Assembly: GCA_965637545.1 (NCBI GenBank)
Contig: OZ281495.1
Coordinates: forward strand, 20,026,001 to 20,090,000
Reading direction: 5' to 3'
DNA: 64,000 nucleotides
Origin: Phallusia mammillata
Lineage: Eukaryota
Part shown: in pieces, positions 42,887 through 58,400 of the stretch
Position numbering within the stretch: the stretch's first letter is position 1
Layout of the letters: each line of letters opens with the position of its first letter
Made by a program: the position numbers and the translations under genes
The notes under the pieces: model-generated
The model's input: only the letters and a program-made list of their open reading frames with translations
What the model was told of the DNA's origin: nothing
Databases searched by the model: none

Positions 42887-45795
42887 TTAAGCTTTGCTTT
42901 TGATGGCTGTTAATTGCAATTCCTTTCTTTCATTTTTTTGCTTTCTTTTTTTAAAGTATATCTGAGCCCCAAATAAAGTTGCGACAGACAAAGCTAAAAC
43001 ACCCAACTGAATGTAAATCTTAACGTAAACACAAAAGCTCGTGCTCCACCCGCCGTTAGTGGCTATTCCCAAGTTGGTGATGAGGTTTTTGATGCTGAAC
43101 GCGATTCCAAGTTTAGTTTTGAAGAAGACTGCTGTCACTCCTGAAACAACGTAGTAGCAGTTAAAGAAGAGACAAATAGTAAACTGCAGATCGGACATGT
43201 GCACACTGTCTTGACGTGTAGGCTGTAGTGGTGCGAGGCTACAGCACTCCAGTTTGTTGGACTATAACACGCTAAAAAGTCATGCCTCATCAACCCTGTT
43301 TCGTATTACAACTAGTCACAAACCATAACGTAACTGACTCCACAATGACCACAACTGCTTGGGAACCATAATAACGTTGGCATTATTCGAAACAATTTGG
43401 AAATGTACCAAATTTACGTAACGTGGCAACACATTAAGCGTCTAAATCAGTGGTCGGCAACCACCGGTCCGCGGCCCAGTGCCGGTCCGCGGCCCAGTGC
43501 CGGTCCGCGAGGAGTTTGTTAACGGGCCGCGTACATTTTCAGATTAAATGCTTTTTAAATATTTTTCGGGTGTCTCCGGGGCATGGTAAACTATTTTTTC
43601 CGTTTTTGTTGCTGAATATTTGTATTTTTTGAAAGCCGGTCCGTGATTAAATTTCAGGATTAAAACCGGTCCGCAGTACAAAAAAAGTTGCCGACCCCCT
43701 GGTCTAAATCAAAGGGATTTTCACTGCGTTTTGTCATTTTTGTTTTGTTATTATCTTTAGGTAGCTGGAGTAACTTACATTATCAAAGCTACTTAATCTG
43801 AATAAGGAAGAACTTTAAAATGTGTTCTCGATACGAACCTTCACTGACAATAGTAATCACGTTTTCGCCAGTACCATACACCATTCCTAGCAGATACACA
43901 GACCACAGGTTGCTGGTTGTTGGAACCCAAAATAAGCCAAGAAGGTATCCGGTTAAATGTATAATCACCAGTAGTACCAAAAACTTGTTTAAACCGATCC
44001 GAGGCAAAATAAACGAAAAAACTACTGAAGATACGGTGGCACTCAAACGATGGACTGTCATTGCCAAACCAACCTAAACATAAATGTAAATCAATAATCT
44101 AAGCAGACGTTTTTTTGCATTGGCGTGTCTGATTACGCACTCCAAAATTCTTTCACGCATGTATCACGACTTACTTGCTCTACGCCGAGAGTACATGACA
44201 CGTAGGCTCGTGTGTATTCAGTAATACTGTAACCGAATGTCAACCCATAGTAGAAAAATGTTGACATCGCCAGTAAGTGCAATGGCGAGAATATATGACG
44301 GAAAATAGCACATAAATGAGCATAAAAACTGTGCTTTCCAGGTCGCACAGGTTCCTGAGATTGTGCGTTGTCGCCTGAAAATCACAATTCGTAAAACTTA
44401 CTTTAAGGGTTAAAGCAACTAACAACATGAAAAAACTTACTGTTTAACATTTCGTCGTTTTCCTGACGCTCTAATACTTCCACCGAAGACTCCTGGTATG
44501 ATGGTGGATTAGGCAAATAGTAGGCTTGAACACCCATTACGATCAATATTGCAGTAATGAAGACTGCCAACAACAAATTTATTCCAAGAGCACTTGGTTG
44601 ATATTTTTCAAGTTGATCTTCCGTTCCGTTGTAAATATAATTTCCCTGTAATCAAGTATGAACACTTTACAAACACCAAACATGGCGAAACATTAGTAAG
44701 TAAAAAATGCTTACTTGGCAATCATTCGCGCCACAAGTTTGTAACTCTTTGTTTCTCTCGTCTATTGATGTTGCCACAGTGAAATTTTCAAATATGTTTA
44801 TCAATGTTTCATTGTGCATTGTGTTGACAATTTCTTTTTTGAAAGCACGCAGAAAAACAGTGATAACGCTGTTACTTATAGCCTGCAAATTCAACATGGC
44901 GATCATAGATATTTTCATTTGTACTGTGATAATTTTGCAAATAAAAACGTACTGCTCCAAATGCGACCATTGCATAAAACCGTGCAAAACTTCGATGTAC
45001 ATAAAATTCCGCACTCCTTGATGATTGTTGTTGTTGTGATGCAATTTGCGAAGCAGCCCAATATTTTTCACCAAAATACGCCACAAAAACGGACACTGCA
45101 GCCCATGGCGCACTTTCCAAAATGCCATGAATGACAGATACGGTAATTAGAACTCCCCAAGCTGAAAGCACGATCGTCGATTATTATGTATGAAAAACTC
45201 AACAAAACCAATTGTTGTTATACTTGGATAAAAGTTTCCAGCAATGTAAACGACAAATCCAAGTTCGCCCAAAATTAGCGTCCACTTTGCTCCAAAGTAA
45301 TCCACCAAAAATGGAATGATACATAAACAAGAAAATGCTGACGTAACAAAGATGACAAGTACACTGGTTGTTCCTAATCCCTCCTCGACGTTTATGCTGC
45401 TTTCCAGGTTTAAAACTCCTGTGCACATTTTGCGTCAGAAACAGCGTTCTTTCCTCGTGATGAAAACCAATTACGTCAAGGTTAAATTAAATACGAACGT
45501 TGTTTTCTTCACCTACCTTCATAAGCCCCGTTACCCACCATAAAAGTTACATAAACAATCCATGTGAACTTGCTGACATCCTTCTTCATATAGGTAGGAT
45601 CAACGGCTGTCGATAAATAGTGTAATTAAAAGAATATCACTTGCGCAGAAATTTATCTGGCCCAGCCAAACTTTTGTTAAAGCAATTAACTACAGATACA
45701 GATTTATGAAACTAACAGCATGCACAATGACTTCAGGGTTTAGCATGGCGTGTAAGCACAAAAAATAAGGCAAAAAAATATTACTTACTTTTCAT
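42887..45795 (-). CDS. UNC-93-like MFS membrane protein (UNC93A-like), copy A
   Basis: ATG micro-exon 45795-45789, then VDPTYMKKDVSKFTW.., GVLNLESSINVEEGLGTTSVL..GAKWTLILGE..YIAGNFYP, TCGANDC, EYTRAYVSCTLGVEQ and the C-terminal STSFCVYVKIYIQLGVLALS. These are UNC-93 family motifs and the exons are phase-compatible. Confidence 0.85.
43448..43701. mobile_element. hAT MITE in the last intron of UNC-93-like copy A (absent in B)
   Basis: CAGTGGTCGGCAACC / AGTTGCCGACCCCCTG with TSD GTCTAAAT. It is the same family as 5510-5744, and the empty site is at ~53026-53033. Confidence 0.9.
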
Positions 45796-46247
45796 TTCCG
45801 TGTTTAATGTTGTCTAGCCTTTGCTTGTTTCCTTTACCTATACTTTTGTACTAGCCTGAAAGAACCCAATAAAAACTTAACCGATCTTATCCAAACAGAA
45901 TTAACTCAATTTCATGTTTCTTGGCGGCTGTACAAAGTCGCCAAAGCTCGAAATCTATTGCTACCAATGTTAACAGCTGTTATAAATAGCCACCAATATT
46001 GAAAGGAGACATAAAAAAACGAAATGCAAAAAATCGCATACATTAGGATATCAACATCAATATTACAAGGCATAGATAGTTGTACGAAGGTAAATATATT
46101 TTGTGCGAAACTTTATGACCACGTCTAAGTATGAGTGCACGACAAGGTGCTGAGATTGCAACTCTTCAAGACCTCAACATGTAGCAACAGTGTCATTTTT
46201 CATGTCAACGGCATGTTTTTGTCGTCAGTTTATAGCAGTGTCTAGTA

Positions 46248-46649
46248 CAGTGGTTCCCAAACTTTTTCATATTTTTTTCAAAACGGTCCCTTTGTCATTA
46301 TTTCGAGGGCTCGCGGTCCTTAAGCTTAAATGTGTATTTCATAAAAACGAAAGTTGATTGCAGGATTTTAGCTAGTTATGCAAAATTGCGCTTAACAATA
46401 ATGCAAAGACAGCATTTAACATCACAAACAGGACAAAAACATTACGATTGTGCGCGAACAATTGCATTTTTGATAGTTGTCATTCAACAAAGGCCATTGT
46501 TTAGCAATGGAGACAGTCGGTTTTCAATTCTACTTTGATTTAAACTGATTTAGTGGCACAAACTGACGCCAAATAAGATTATAGAATTACTTCAACCGCT
46601 TCGCGGTCCCCCCAAAATTGCCTCACGGACCCCAGTTTGGGAACCGCTG
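46248..46649. mobile_element. hAT MITE upstream of UNC-93-like copy A (absent in B)
   Basis: CAGTGGTTCCCAAAC / GTTTGGGAACCGCTG with TSD GTCTAGTA. The empty site is at ~63105-63112. Confidence 0.9.
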
Positions 46650-47821
46650 GTCTAGTATGACGTCTGGTACAATCAAACTTAAAGCCTCTATGTTGCTTTC
46701 CGCACCAGAAAATTGCAAACGAACCCTTGAACAGCCCGAGACCAGCGGTCGCCAAACTACACCCCGGCCTGCGAAGGCATTTTATCCGGCCCTCGATTAA
46801 GGTATTTGGTCTTTATACATAATAAAAATATAGCTATACCGTTAAAAGTTAATTTACTGCAAACATAACCGCGCAACAACATACAGCAGTGAGTTCACCT
46901 AATTTCACAGACGCTTAAATATTGTACAATGCCAGTTTATTACATCACACGCAAGACTGCCTTTGTTATTATGCGCGAACATAAGCTTTTCTTTTGTTAA
47001 TTGAGATGGAATAAATGAGTATTGGCATTCGAAGGTCACTGATTTTAATTTGTTTGTCGGTAATAGATGATGAGGACATGCATGTAAAACGAATGTGCGT
47101 TTGTATTTGCACTAGCTCATTGTGTGCGAACGATACAAAATAAGCAGGTAAAACAATGTAAATCGTGACGTCATAAACAGCTAAAGAGTGATCAGCAATC
47201 TGCTCAGTTTAGTTTATGGGTAAAGGTAAAAATCTTAAAGGCACGAGGATACGGGACATTATCAAATAAATCTTTTTTTTTAAACAGTAGTTTGTAAACA
47301 TTGGCTACTTTTCATGAAATACGACCCTGTGATGCGGCCCTCAAATCGAAAAAAAACTGATGGTAATTTTGGCGTGAGCACCTCAGCCTGACGTTCTGGT
47401 TGTGACAGAACCAGTACAAAAAAGAACTGTCGAAAAGTGGAACCGGCCCAGGATGCGACGGAATAATGCAATGATAGTTCACAGTGTTTTTCTTGTTAAT
47501 AAAAGAGAGTCTATTTTCTAAAATACTTTTTTTTAATTATTTATTTGCGTCACCTAAAATTCGTACCACCATTAACTTTTTTCCCACAATAATCTTCAAA
47601 GGCACTCAAGTCTCCAAAGTGAAAAGAGGTCGATTGAAAGAAAAAGAAAATTGCATGATAAATTTTAAGAACACTGAAATTCAACAACAAAAATGGCTCG
47701 CAAGTGTTAAGTAACAATAAATTGCACGTTACTCAAATATGATTAAATTAGTCAAGTGCGCGTCATGTAAATACGATTAACACCTAATACAAACACGATG
47801 TTTGAAATGAAATCACGATCT

Positions 47822-50439
<2,618 letters not shown>

Positions 50440-50761
50440 ATTGCTGTGGTTAGTGCAACTGGATTGTGCCACAAAGTCTAACTCTGATTTAACATCTCAT
50501 GTTTTATTGTGTGACATACTAAATTGACGTTGCTCTATGGAGTTTAACCCAATTAAACATAATGCCATTTAAAGTAAAAATGATCATGACAAACTCAGGT
50601 ATGATTCCCACCTCTGAAAATAAAAAAATAAAACCAACCAGCAACACACAAGAACACATACAAGAATCAAGCTACAATTGCCTTGCTGTTAAATAAGTCA
50701 CATTAACATGTAAAGAAACATCTTGCAAAAGAATTTTGAAACATATAATATAATAAAGTGA

Positions 50762-51529
50762 TCATAATGAATCTCCAACATAAAGCAATGCATCAATAAG
50801 ATTTCCGCCACAATGTTTTAGTCCACGAATTGCTTTATTTCTGTCAACATTTAGCTGTTCCACAATTGTGTCAATATCACCAATATGCATTCCTTTTTCA
50901 GACTCTTGTGCTTCACCAACTGCCTGAAATACATGCACAGCCAACCTAAGTTTTTTTGTTTTGATAGACACAGTAAGGATGCATTTACAAGTTAATCAGC
51001 AGGAAAAAAACAATAACGATACATGTAAGTTGAACTATACTAACAAAGTCAAAATTAACTCACCATAAATTGCCTTATCTTCATTCTGAAGACAATATCA
51101 GAAACATTGTCTTCATTTACCACTTTGCCTTTTGCAATTAGGTTAAGACTATCAAGAGGTATAAGAAGCTCCTCAGATATTATGTTTAAAATACACTTGG
51201 GATTCAGGAGAGTTTGTGGAATCAAAACACAATGCTTTTCATGATTGTGTTTGATGAACAGCTTCACTGGCAGATTCTGGCTTTGCAAAAAGCTGTCTTT
51301 TTCTTTCTTTGTACATTTTAGCTTATGAACTGTCCAATCTTTTATTTGGCACGACTTTGAACTAAACATTAAAAGCACAGGAAACCATTGGGTTACATAA
51401 AAAACTATGTCATTAAATGCAACTATAAAATATTATTTATTGACGAAAAACTCACCAATAGATGACTGCTTTGCATTGAACGCATCTTTTCATACATCGA
51501 TCTGTTAAACCACAAACCGAGCAAGACAT
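50762..51529 (-). CDS. Small MYND zinc finger - ubiquitin-like - UBA-like protein (~177 aa), intact copy B
   Basis: Exons 51529-51456, 51361-51064 and 50923-50762. They give MSCSVCGLTDRCMKRCVQCKAVIYCSKSCQIKDWTVHKLKC (complete MYND), then VKLFIKHNHEKH..LNLIAKGKVV..FMAVGE (UBL-like), then DIDTIVEQLNVDRNKAIRGLKHCGGNLIDALL (UBA-like, NAC-alpha/HYPK type). Confidence 0.8.
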
Positions 51530-51714
51530 GCTTATTGCAAAACAAACTAAGCAAAAATTTGAGCATGTATTCTTCATGCAACCACAAAAACCTTTGAGGG
51601 GAAACCCCCAATTTAAGATTTTCCAGAAATGGCCCTTTTACCAATTTTAATAGCTTGTGCACACGCTACATTGCTGTTTTTTAACGTTCTTTTCAGTATT
51701 TTATTACTTTGAAA

Positions 51715-51956
51715 CAGGGAGTCGAACCGTAGCAGAACACGAACCTGAAAACCCGTTTGCGCGGTTCAAACCCGACCGTAGGCTACACAACGATTTCCTT
51801 AAAAAAACTTTCAGGTTTAAAAAAATGTAATTTACGGTTCGGGTTCAAATCGGGTCCGGTTCGTGTCCAAATCGGATCCAGATCATGTTTAATGAATCAA
51901 ACCGTTTAAACTGGTTTGCGTGTTCGGGTTCAGTAGCCTACCGGTTCGACTCCCTG
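51715..51956. mobile_element. hAT-like MITE, copy B counterpart of 42105-42345
   Basis: Same TIRs CAGGGAGTCGAACCG / CGGTTCGACTCCCTG at the equivalent position. Confidence 0.8.
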
Positions 51957-52476
51957 CATGCTCAGAATTATAAGACGCAAAATGTAATATTAGCCTATTA
52001 CACACAGATATAAACATACATTCTTCGATTTTTGTTAAAAATTGGCTAAATGCACCAGTAAGTTTTAGGCTAAAGTGTGATAATTTCACATAATCTTGCT
52101 AGCCTTTTGTATTTGTTTTGCTAGTACATACCGTCCGCAACACGTTAGCCGACAAAGTTGTTGCCAATTACGCTGACAATTCAACTGTAGGCCACTTTAA
52201 AAGCTGTCTGTTTGGCATTGAGCTGTTTCAATCTATAACTAACCAAGACTATAAGTTATAAGAATTGAAGTTTGTTGGTAAAGCGTTAAAATCATCATTC
52301 ACAAAACCAAGCACAATTTCAGCCGTGGTCTACGTCTACGTCATAAAATACAATTTGGAGTAGTTTGGATAATAGTAAAATACTTCTGTCATTAAATGGT
52401 ATTGAGTAAGAAAACGCGTAGGATTAAATCGTAATACAATAATCTTCTTTGCTCTATTTACCAAAAATCGGTACAA

Positions 52477-55400
52477 TTAGGTTTTGCTTTTGATGGCTGT
52501 TAATGGCAATTCCTTTTGTTCATTTTTTTGCTCTCTTTTTTTAAAACATATCTGAGCCCCAAATAAAGTTGCGACAGACAAAGCTAAAACACCCAACTGA
52601 ATGTAAATCTTAACGTAAACACAAAAGCTCGTGCTCCACCCGCCGTTAGTGGCTATTCCCAAGTTGGTGATGAGGTTTTTGATGCTAAACGCGATTCCAA
52701 GTTTAGTTTTGAAGAAGACTGCTGTCACTCCTGAAACAACGTAGTAGCAGTTAACGAAGAGACAAATATTAAACTGCAGATCGGACATGTGAACACTGTC
52801 TTGACGTGTAGGCTGTAGTGTAGCGAGGCGACAGCACTCCAGTTTGTTGGACTAACACGCCAAAAAGCCTTGCCTCATCACCCTTGTTTCATATTACAAC
52901 TAATCACAAACCACAACGTAACTGGCTCCACAATGACCACAACTGCTTGGGAACCATAATAGCGTTGGCATGATTGGAAACAATTTTGAAATGTACCAAA
53001 TTTACGTAACGTGGTAACACAAGCGTCTAAATCAAAGGGATTTTCACTGCGTTTTGTCATTTTTGTTTTGTTATTATCTTTAGGTAGCTGGAGTAACTTA
53101 CATTATTAAAGCTACTTAATCTGAATAAGGAAGAACTTTAAAATGTGTTCTCGATACGAACCTTCACTGACAATAGTAATCATGTTTTGGCCAGTTCCAT
53201 ACACCATTCCTAGCAGATACACAGACCACAGGTTGCTGGTTGTTGGAACCCAAAATAAGCCAAGAAGGTATCCGGCTAAATGTATAATCACCAGTAGTAC
53301 CAAAAACTTGTTTAAACCGATCCGAGGCAAAATAAACGAAAAAACTACTGAAGATACGGTGGCACTCAAACGATGGACTGTCATTGCCAAACCAACCTAA
53401 ACATAAATGTTAATCAATAATCTAAGCAGATGTTTTTTTGCATTGGCGTGTCTGATTACGCACCCCAAAATTTTTTCACGCATGTATCACGACTTACTTG
53501 CTCTACGCCGAGAGTACATGACACGTAGGCTCGTGTGTATTCAGTAATACTGTAACCGAATGTCAACCCATGATAGAAAAATGTTAACATCGCCAGTAAG
53601 TGCAATGGCGAGAATATATGACGGAAAATAGCAGATAGATGTGCATAATAACTGTGCTTTCCAGGTCGCACAGGTTCCTGAGATTGTGCGTTGTCGCCTG
53701 AAAAAAAAAATTTCGTAAAACTTACTTCAAGGGTTAAAGCAACTAACAACATGAAAAAACTTACTGTTTAACATTTCGTCGTTTTCCTGACGCTCTAATA
53801 CTTCCACCGAAGACTCCTGGTATGATGGTGGATTAGGCAAATAGTAGGCTTGAACACCCATTACGATCAATATTGCAGTAATGAAGACTGCCAACAACAA
53901 ATTTATTCCAAGAGCACTTGGTTGATATTTTTCAAGTTGATCTTCCGTTCCGTTGTAAATATAATTTCCCTGTAATCAAGTATGAACACTTTACAAACAC
54001 CAAACATGGCGAAACATTAGTAAGTAAAAAATGCTTACTTGGCAATCATTCGCGCCACAAGTTTGTAACTCTTTGTTTCTCTCGTCTATTGATGTTGCCA
54101 CAGTGAAATTTTCAAATATGTTTATCAATGTTTCATTGTGCATTGTGTTGACAATTTCTTTTTTGAAAGCACGCAGAAAAACAGTGATAACGCTGTTACT
54201 TATAGCCTGCAAATTCAACATGGCGATCATAGATATTTTCATTTGTACTGTGATAATTTTGCAAATAAAAACGTACTGCTCCAAATGCGACCATTGCATA
54301 AAACCGTGCAAAACTTCGATGTACATAAAATTCCGCACTTGTTGATGATTGTTGTTGTTGTGATGCAATTTGCGAAGCAGCCCAATATTTTTCACCGAAA
54401 TACGCCACAAAAACGGACACTGCAGCCCATGGCGCACTCTCCAAAATGCCATGAATGACAGATACGGCAATGAGAACTCCCCAAGCTGAATATATGTTCG
54501 TAGATCTCTATGTATGAAAAGCTCAAAAAAACAATTGTTGTTATACTTGGATAAAAGTTTCCAGCAATGTAAACGACAAATCCAAGTTCTCCCAAAATCA
54601 GCGTCCACTTTGCTCCAAAGTAATCCACCAAAAATGGAATGATACATAAACAAGAAAATGCTGACGTAACAAAGATGACAAGTACACTGGTTGTTCCTAA
54701 TCCCTCCTCGACGTTTATGCTGCTTTCCAGGTTTAAAACTCCTGTGTACATTTTGCTTTAGAAACATCGTTCTTCCCTCGTTATGAAAACCAATTACGTC
54801 AAAGTTAAATTAAATACGAACGTTGTTTTCTTCACCTACCTTCATAAGCCCCGTTACCCACCATAAAAGTTACATAAACAATCCATGTAAACTTGCTGAC
54901 ATCCTTGTTCGTATAGGTAGGATCAACGGCTGTCGATAAATAGTGTTGTAAGAATTTATCTGCGCTCTTATTAGTTGTTTATGGGACCTCATGTTATACG
55001 CTTCATTGCGCATTGCACAACAAACGCTTGATTGTTGCGTCACTCCTGCGCATGCGCGAACTGTAGCGTGGTTGATATCATTTCCAAGTTAGTGTGTCAG
55101 GGTTTGTCTGTTTTTGCCCGTGTCGATTGGTTAGCGATTCGAATTCATGTTGTAATGCTGTCGTAGTTGTGTAAGCTAACTTGTCTAGATATTATTGCAG
55201 CTGTGAAATATAGTGGCGAACTGTAAAGATTAATTGGATTGTATTTAACTGAAATTCGATTGGCGATCTTGTGATTCTGTGCATTGCTGTCGTGGTAAGC
55301 TTTCTTGCATATGTTTCTAACTTAAAGTGTTCGAATTTAATCTAACTTTGAATGTAAATATTACAGTTGTGACATCCGATCGCCTGTAAACTGCACAGTC

Positions 55401-58400
55401 GTGTTGACTGCAAGTACATATTGCTGGTGAGTGAATCGTATGTGCTGTGACGTCATAATGCCTTATTCATGTGTGATATGTTATTTCAGCTTTGCCACTC
55501 ACTGAGTTACCTCTGTGGGCCATTTCTCACAGTTAAAAAACTGCATGGCTACGTGACTGACTTTTCTCGTATTCGCCGATTAAAGCATTTCATTTGAGAG
55601 TGTGCTGTCGGTGTTTTGGTGAAGTACACGGGGAGTAGTTACGTACATGCGGTAATTACGGAGATTGCAGAGGTGACCTGTTACGCCGTCCGAAGAAGCT
55701 GGCCACTTTTCCGAAAAGACTGCGTTACATCGTTTTTTAACTGTGATTGTCGCAATGTCTGCCGACAAGTCAAAAATTGTGTCCGCCTTGAAGGCGCTGC
55801 AAAATAGTTATTTGCGTGCCGAAAACCTAATGATTAAACCTTAAGGTGCAATTCCACTAAAGGAATTTCTACCTATGCTTGATTCGGATTTCAAAGTCGT
55901 CATGGACTTGTGTGACGAAATGTCAGATTCGGATACGCTACCCGAAACAGCTTGTCGTAAAGCCGATTGCCGTTGGGAAAAGGAAGAATTTGACGAAAGG
56001 GTGCAGCAATGGTTTGCAACTCTGGAAAGAGGAAAATCTCCAACGCCAGAACCGAGTCACCATGTTCCCGAGGATAGATTGTCTGTTCGCTCCAGTCGAA
56101 ATTCAACTACGAGTTCGATTCGAAGTGAGATTCGCCGAAGTCGCGTGAAGGTAAAAATTGCGCGACTCGCTCATGATCAAGAAGTAGCAAACCAGCGACG
56201 AGCTTTTGAAGAAGTTGAAAGACTGCGCCGTGAAGCGGAAGACAAGGTACGTCGCACACGGGAAGCTGCCCGGCGTGCTGCAGAGGAAGAAATTGTAAAG
56301 GCCCAGCGTGCTGCTGAAGAAGAGATTGTAAAGGCCCAGCGTGCTGCTGAGGAAGAGATTGCAAACGCCCAGCGAGCTGCGGAGGAAGAGGTCGCAAGGA
56401 TGAAAATGGAGGCTGATCGTATCGAAGAGGATGCACGAAAAAATACTCAAGATAGGCGCTGTCAACTTCAACTCGCCGAGGTTGAAGCTCAAGCTTGGGA
56501 TGAAGAGTCCACGTGTGAATCTCCTCAAAATTCGCAGGTGCACCCGATGAAGACGGGCAGCATGCAGGGACTAATGCCTGCAACAGAAAATAAGCAGTAC
56601 ACGGCGGCGTCGCCCCAAATATTTCCTAAATTACCACACGACAATAAGCACTCACTAGAACGCGATAAGCCGTTTGTAGGTATTTCAAAACCATCCCACG
56701 AACAGCCCTTACCATTTGCTAGAGAGCTTGCGCTATCGAGACCTGTTGATCATGATTACCCTGAAGTGGGTGAACGCTTTTTACCCAGACCTGTAGTGAA
56801 GAAATTTGATGGAGACCCCATGAACTACTGGTCGTTCGTGCGCCAGTTTGACGTGTATATTGCAAAAAAGTCACGGAGTGATGATATGCGTTTGTTGTTT
56901 CTGCAACAACACTGCGAACCGCACATCTGCGAAAAATTGGAACGTTTTAACGCCAAGGATCCCGTTGAAGGATATAAGTTGGCATGGCAAACTTTACACG
57001 AAGAGTACGGCCAACCGCATGTTATAGCACAACGATGCGAGCAACATCTCAAGGCGTCTCCAGTCGTTGAGACCCACGATCCGGAAGGACTGATGAAACT
57101 ATCTGTGTTACTAGATAAATGTTACACGGCCTTGCATGATATAAGATATGCGTCTAGTGTAGACCGTCGCAAGAATACTTCCCGTGACCCTGCGTGATGA
57201 ATGGATTGCGAGGGCCACCGACATAGAGAAGAAGACAGGGAGAAGAGCGGACCTTGCTGCGTTGACTAAGTTTATTGGTGAAAAGAGTCAACAAGCGAAT
57301 TCCATTTTTGGGAAGGCTCTATTTCCCCCAAAGGAAGCATCCAAGGCTGCGAATCGACATACAAAGGTTACAGCTCACAATACCGTCGCTTCGGAACCCT
57401 CGTCTTCTGTAAGATGCGTATTGTGCGCCTACCCACATGAAGTGTACGACTGTCCTGCCTTTAAGGAAAAGACATACTTAGAGCGGCGAAGGGTTGTTCG
57501 TACAAAAGGACTGTGTTTTAGATGTCTTAAGGGCGATCACATTGCCAGTGATTGCAACGCAACAAGTACCTGCAAAGTTGAGGGCTGTCCTGGAACGTCC
57601 CATCACCATCTCTTACACGATCCGGCCTTTAAAGCTAAGCCGCATTTTATCGACAACGGAAACCCTGCTTGTACTGCGATTCAGACGCAGGAGTACAGTG
57701 CCAGTGCGAATGCTGCGAGCGTATACTTGAATGTGGTTCCAGTTGTGGTGCGACATGGAAACACAGCAATCGCGACATATGCCTTTCTCGACCAAGGGTC
57801 CACTACCACATTTTGTGAACGTAAATTAATGGATAAATTAGGAGCCTGTGGCAAACCTAAACAAATACTGTTGAATACTCTAACGACGCCACGTCATTTG
57901 AACACTGTTGCTATATCCGTTGCAGTTGAACCGCTGGGTGGCGGAGAAGCAATTGATCTTCCCGAGGTGGTTGTGGTCAACAAAATTCCTGTGATGCCAA
58001 ACGTTGTGCCCGACACACGGACGTTAAGGGCGCATCGTTCTTTGCAAGACTTGACGTTATGCAATGTGCCAGGGGGATCGGTTACGTTATTGATTGGAGC
58101 AATATTCCTGTCGCACATCGAGTAAAGTCTGTCCGCCCGGGGAATGAATATTGCCCGGATGCAGTGAGGACGCCTTTAGGTTGGTCTTTACTTGGACAAA
58201 CCTTCGAATCAAAAAATCCCTCTGCCCATGTCCATTTCGCATCTGCTGTTGAAAATGCTCACGCCATGTTCTTGAGCGATGAAGGAGATTTTTTGCCTAC
58301 TGACGGAGAAGATGGGGACGTGTTGGGTACTCCATTTTCGACTGAAGATAGAAGAACATGTCGGATGATGAAGGATTCTGTTAAATTTGTTGATGGACAC

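Noticed and set aside
43290-43440. Possible extra UNC-93-like exon (ORF 52878-53060 in copy B)
   Set aside because: The frame is not conserved between copies, and the flanking exons already join in phase (TIVSE-GVTAVFF).
47393-47433. Helitron-mediated capture as the cause of the duplication (hairpin near the unit end)
   Set aside because: There is no 5' TC and 3' CTRR pair and no Rep/helicase remnant. Microhomology explains the junction better.
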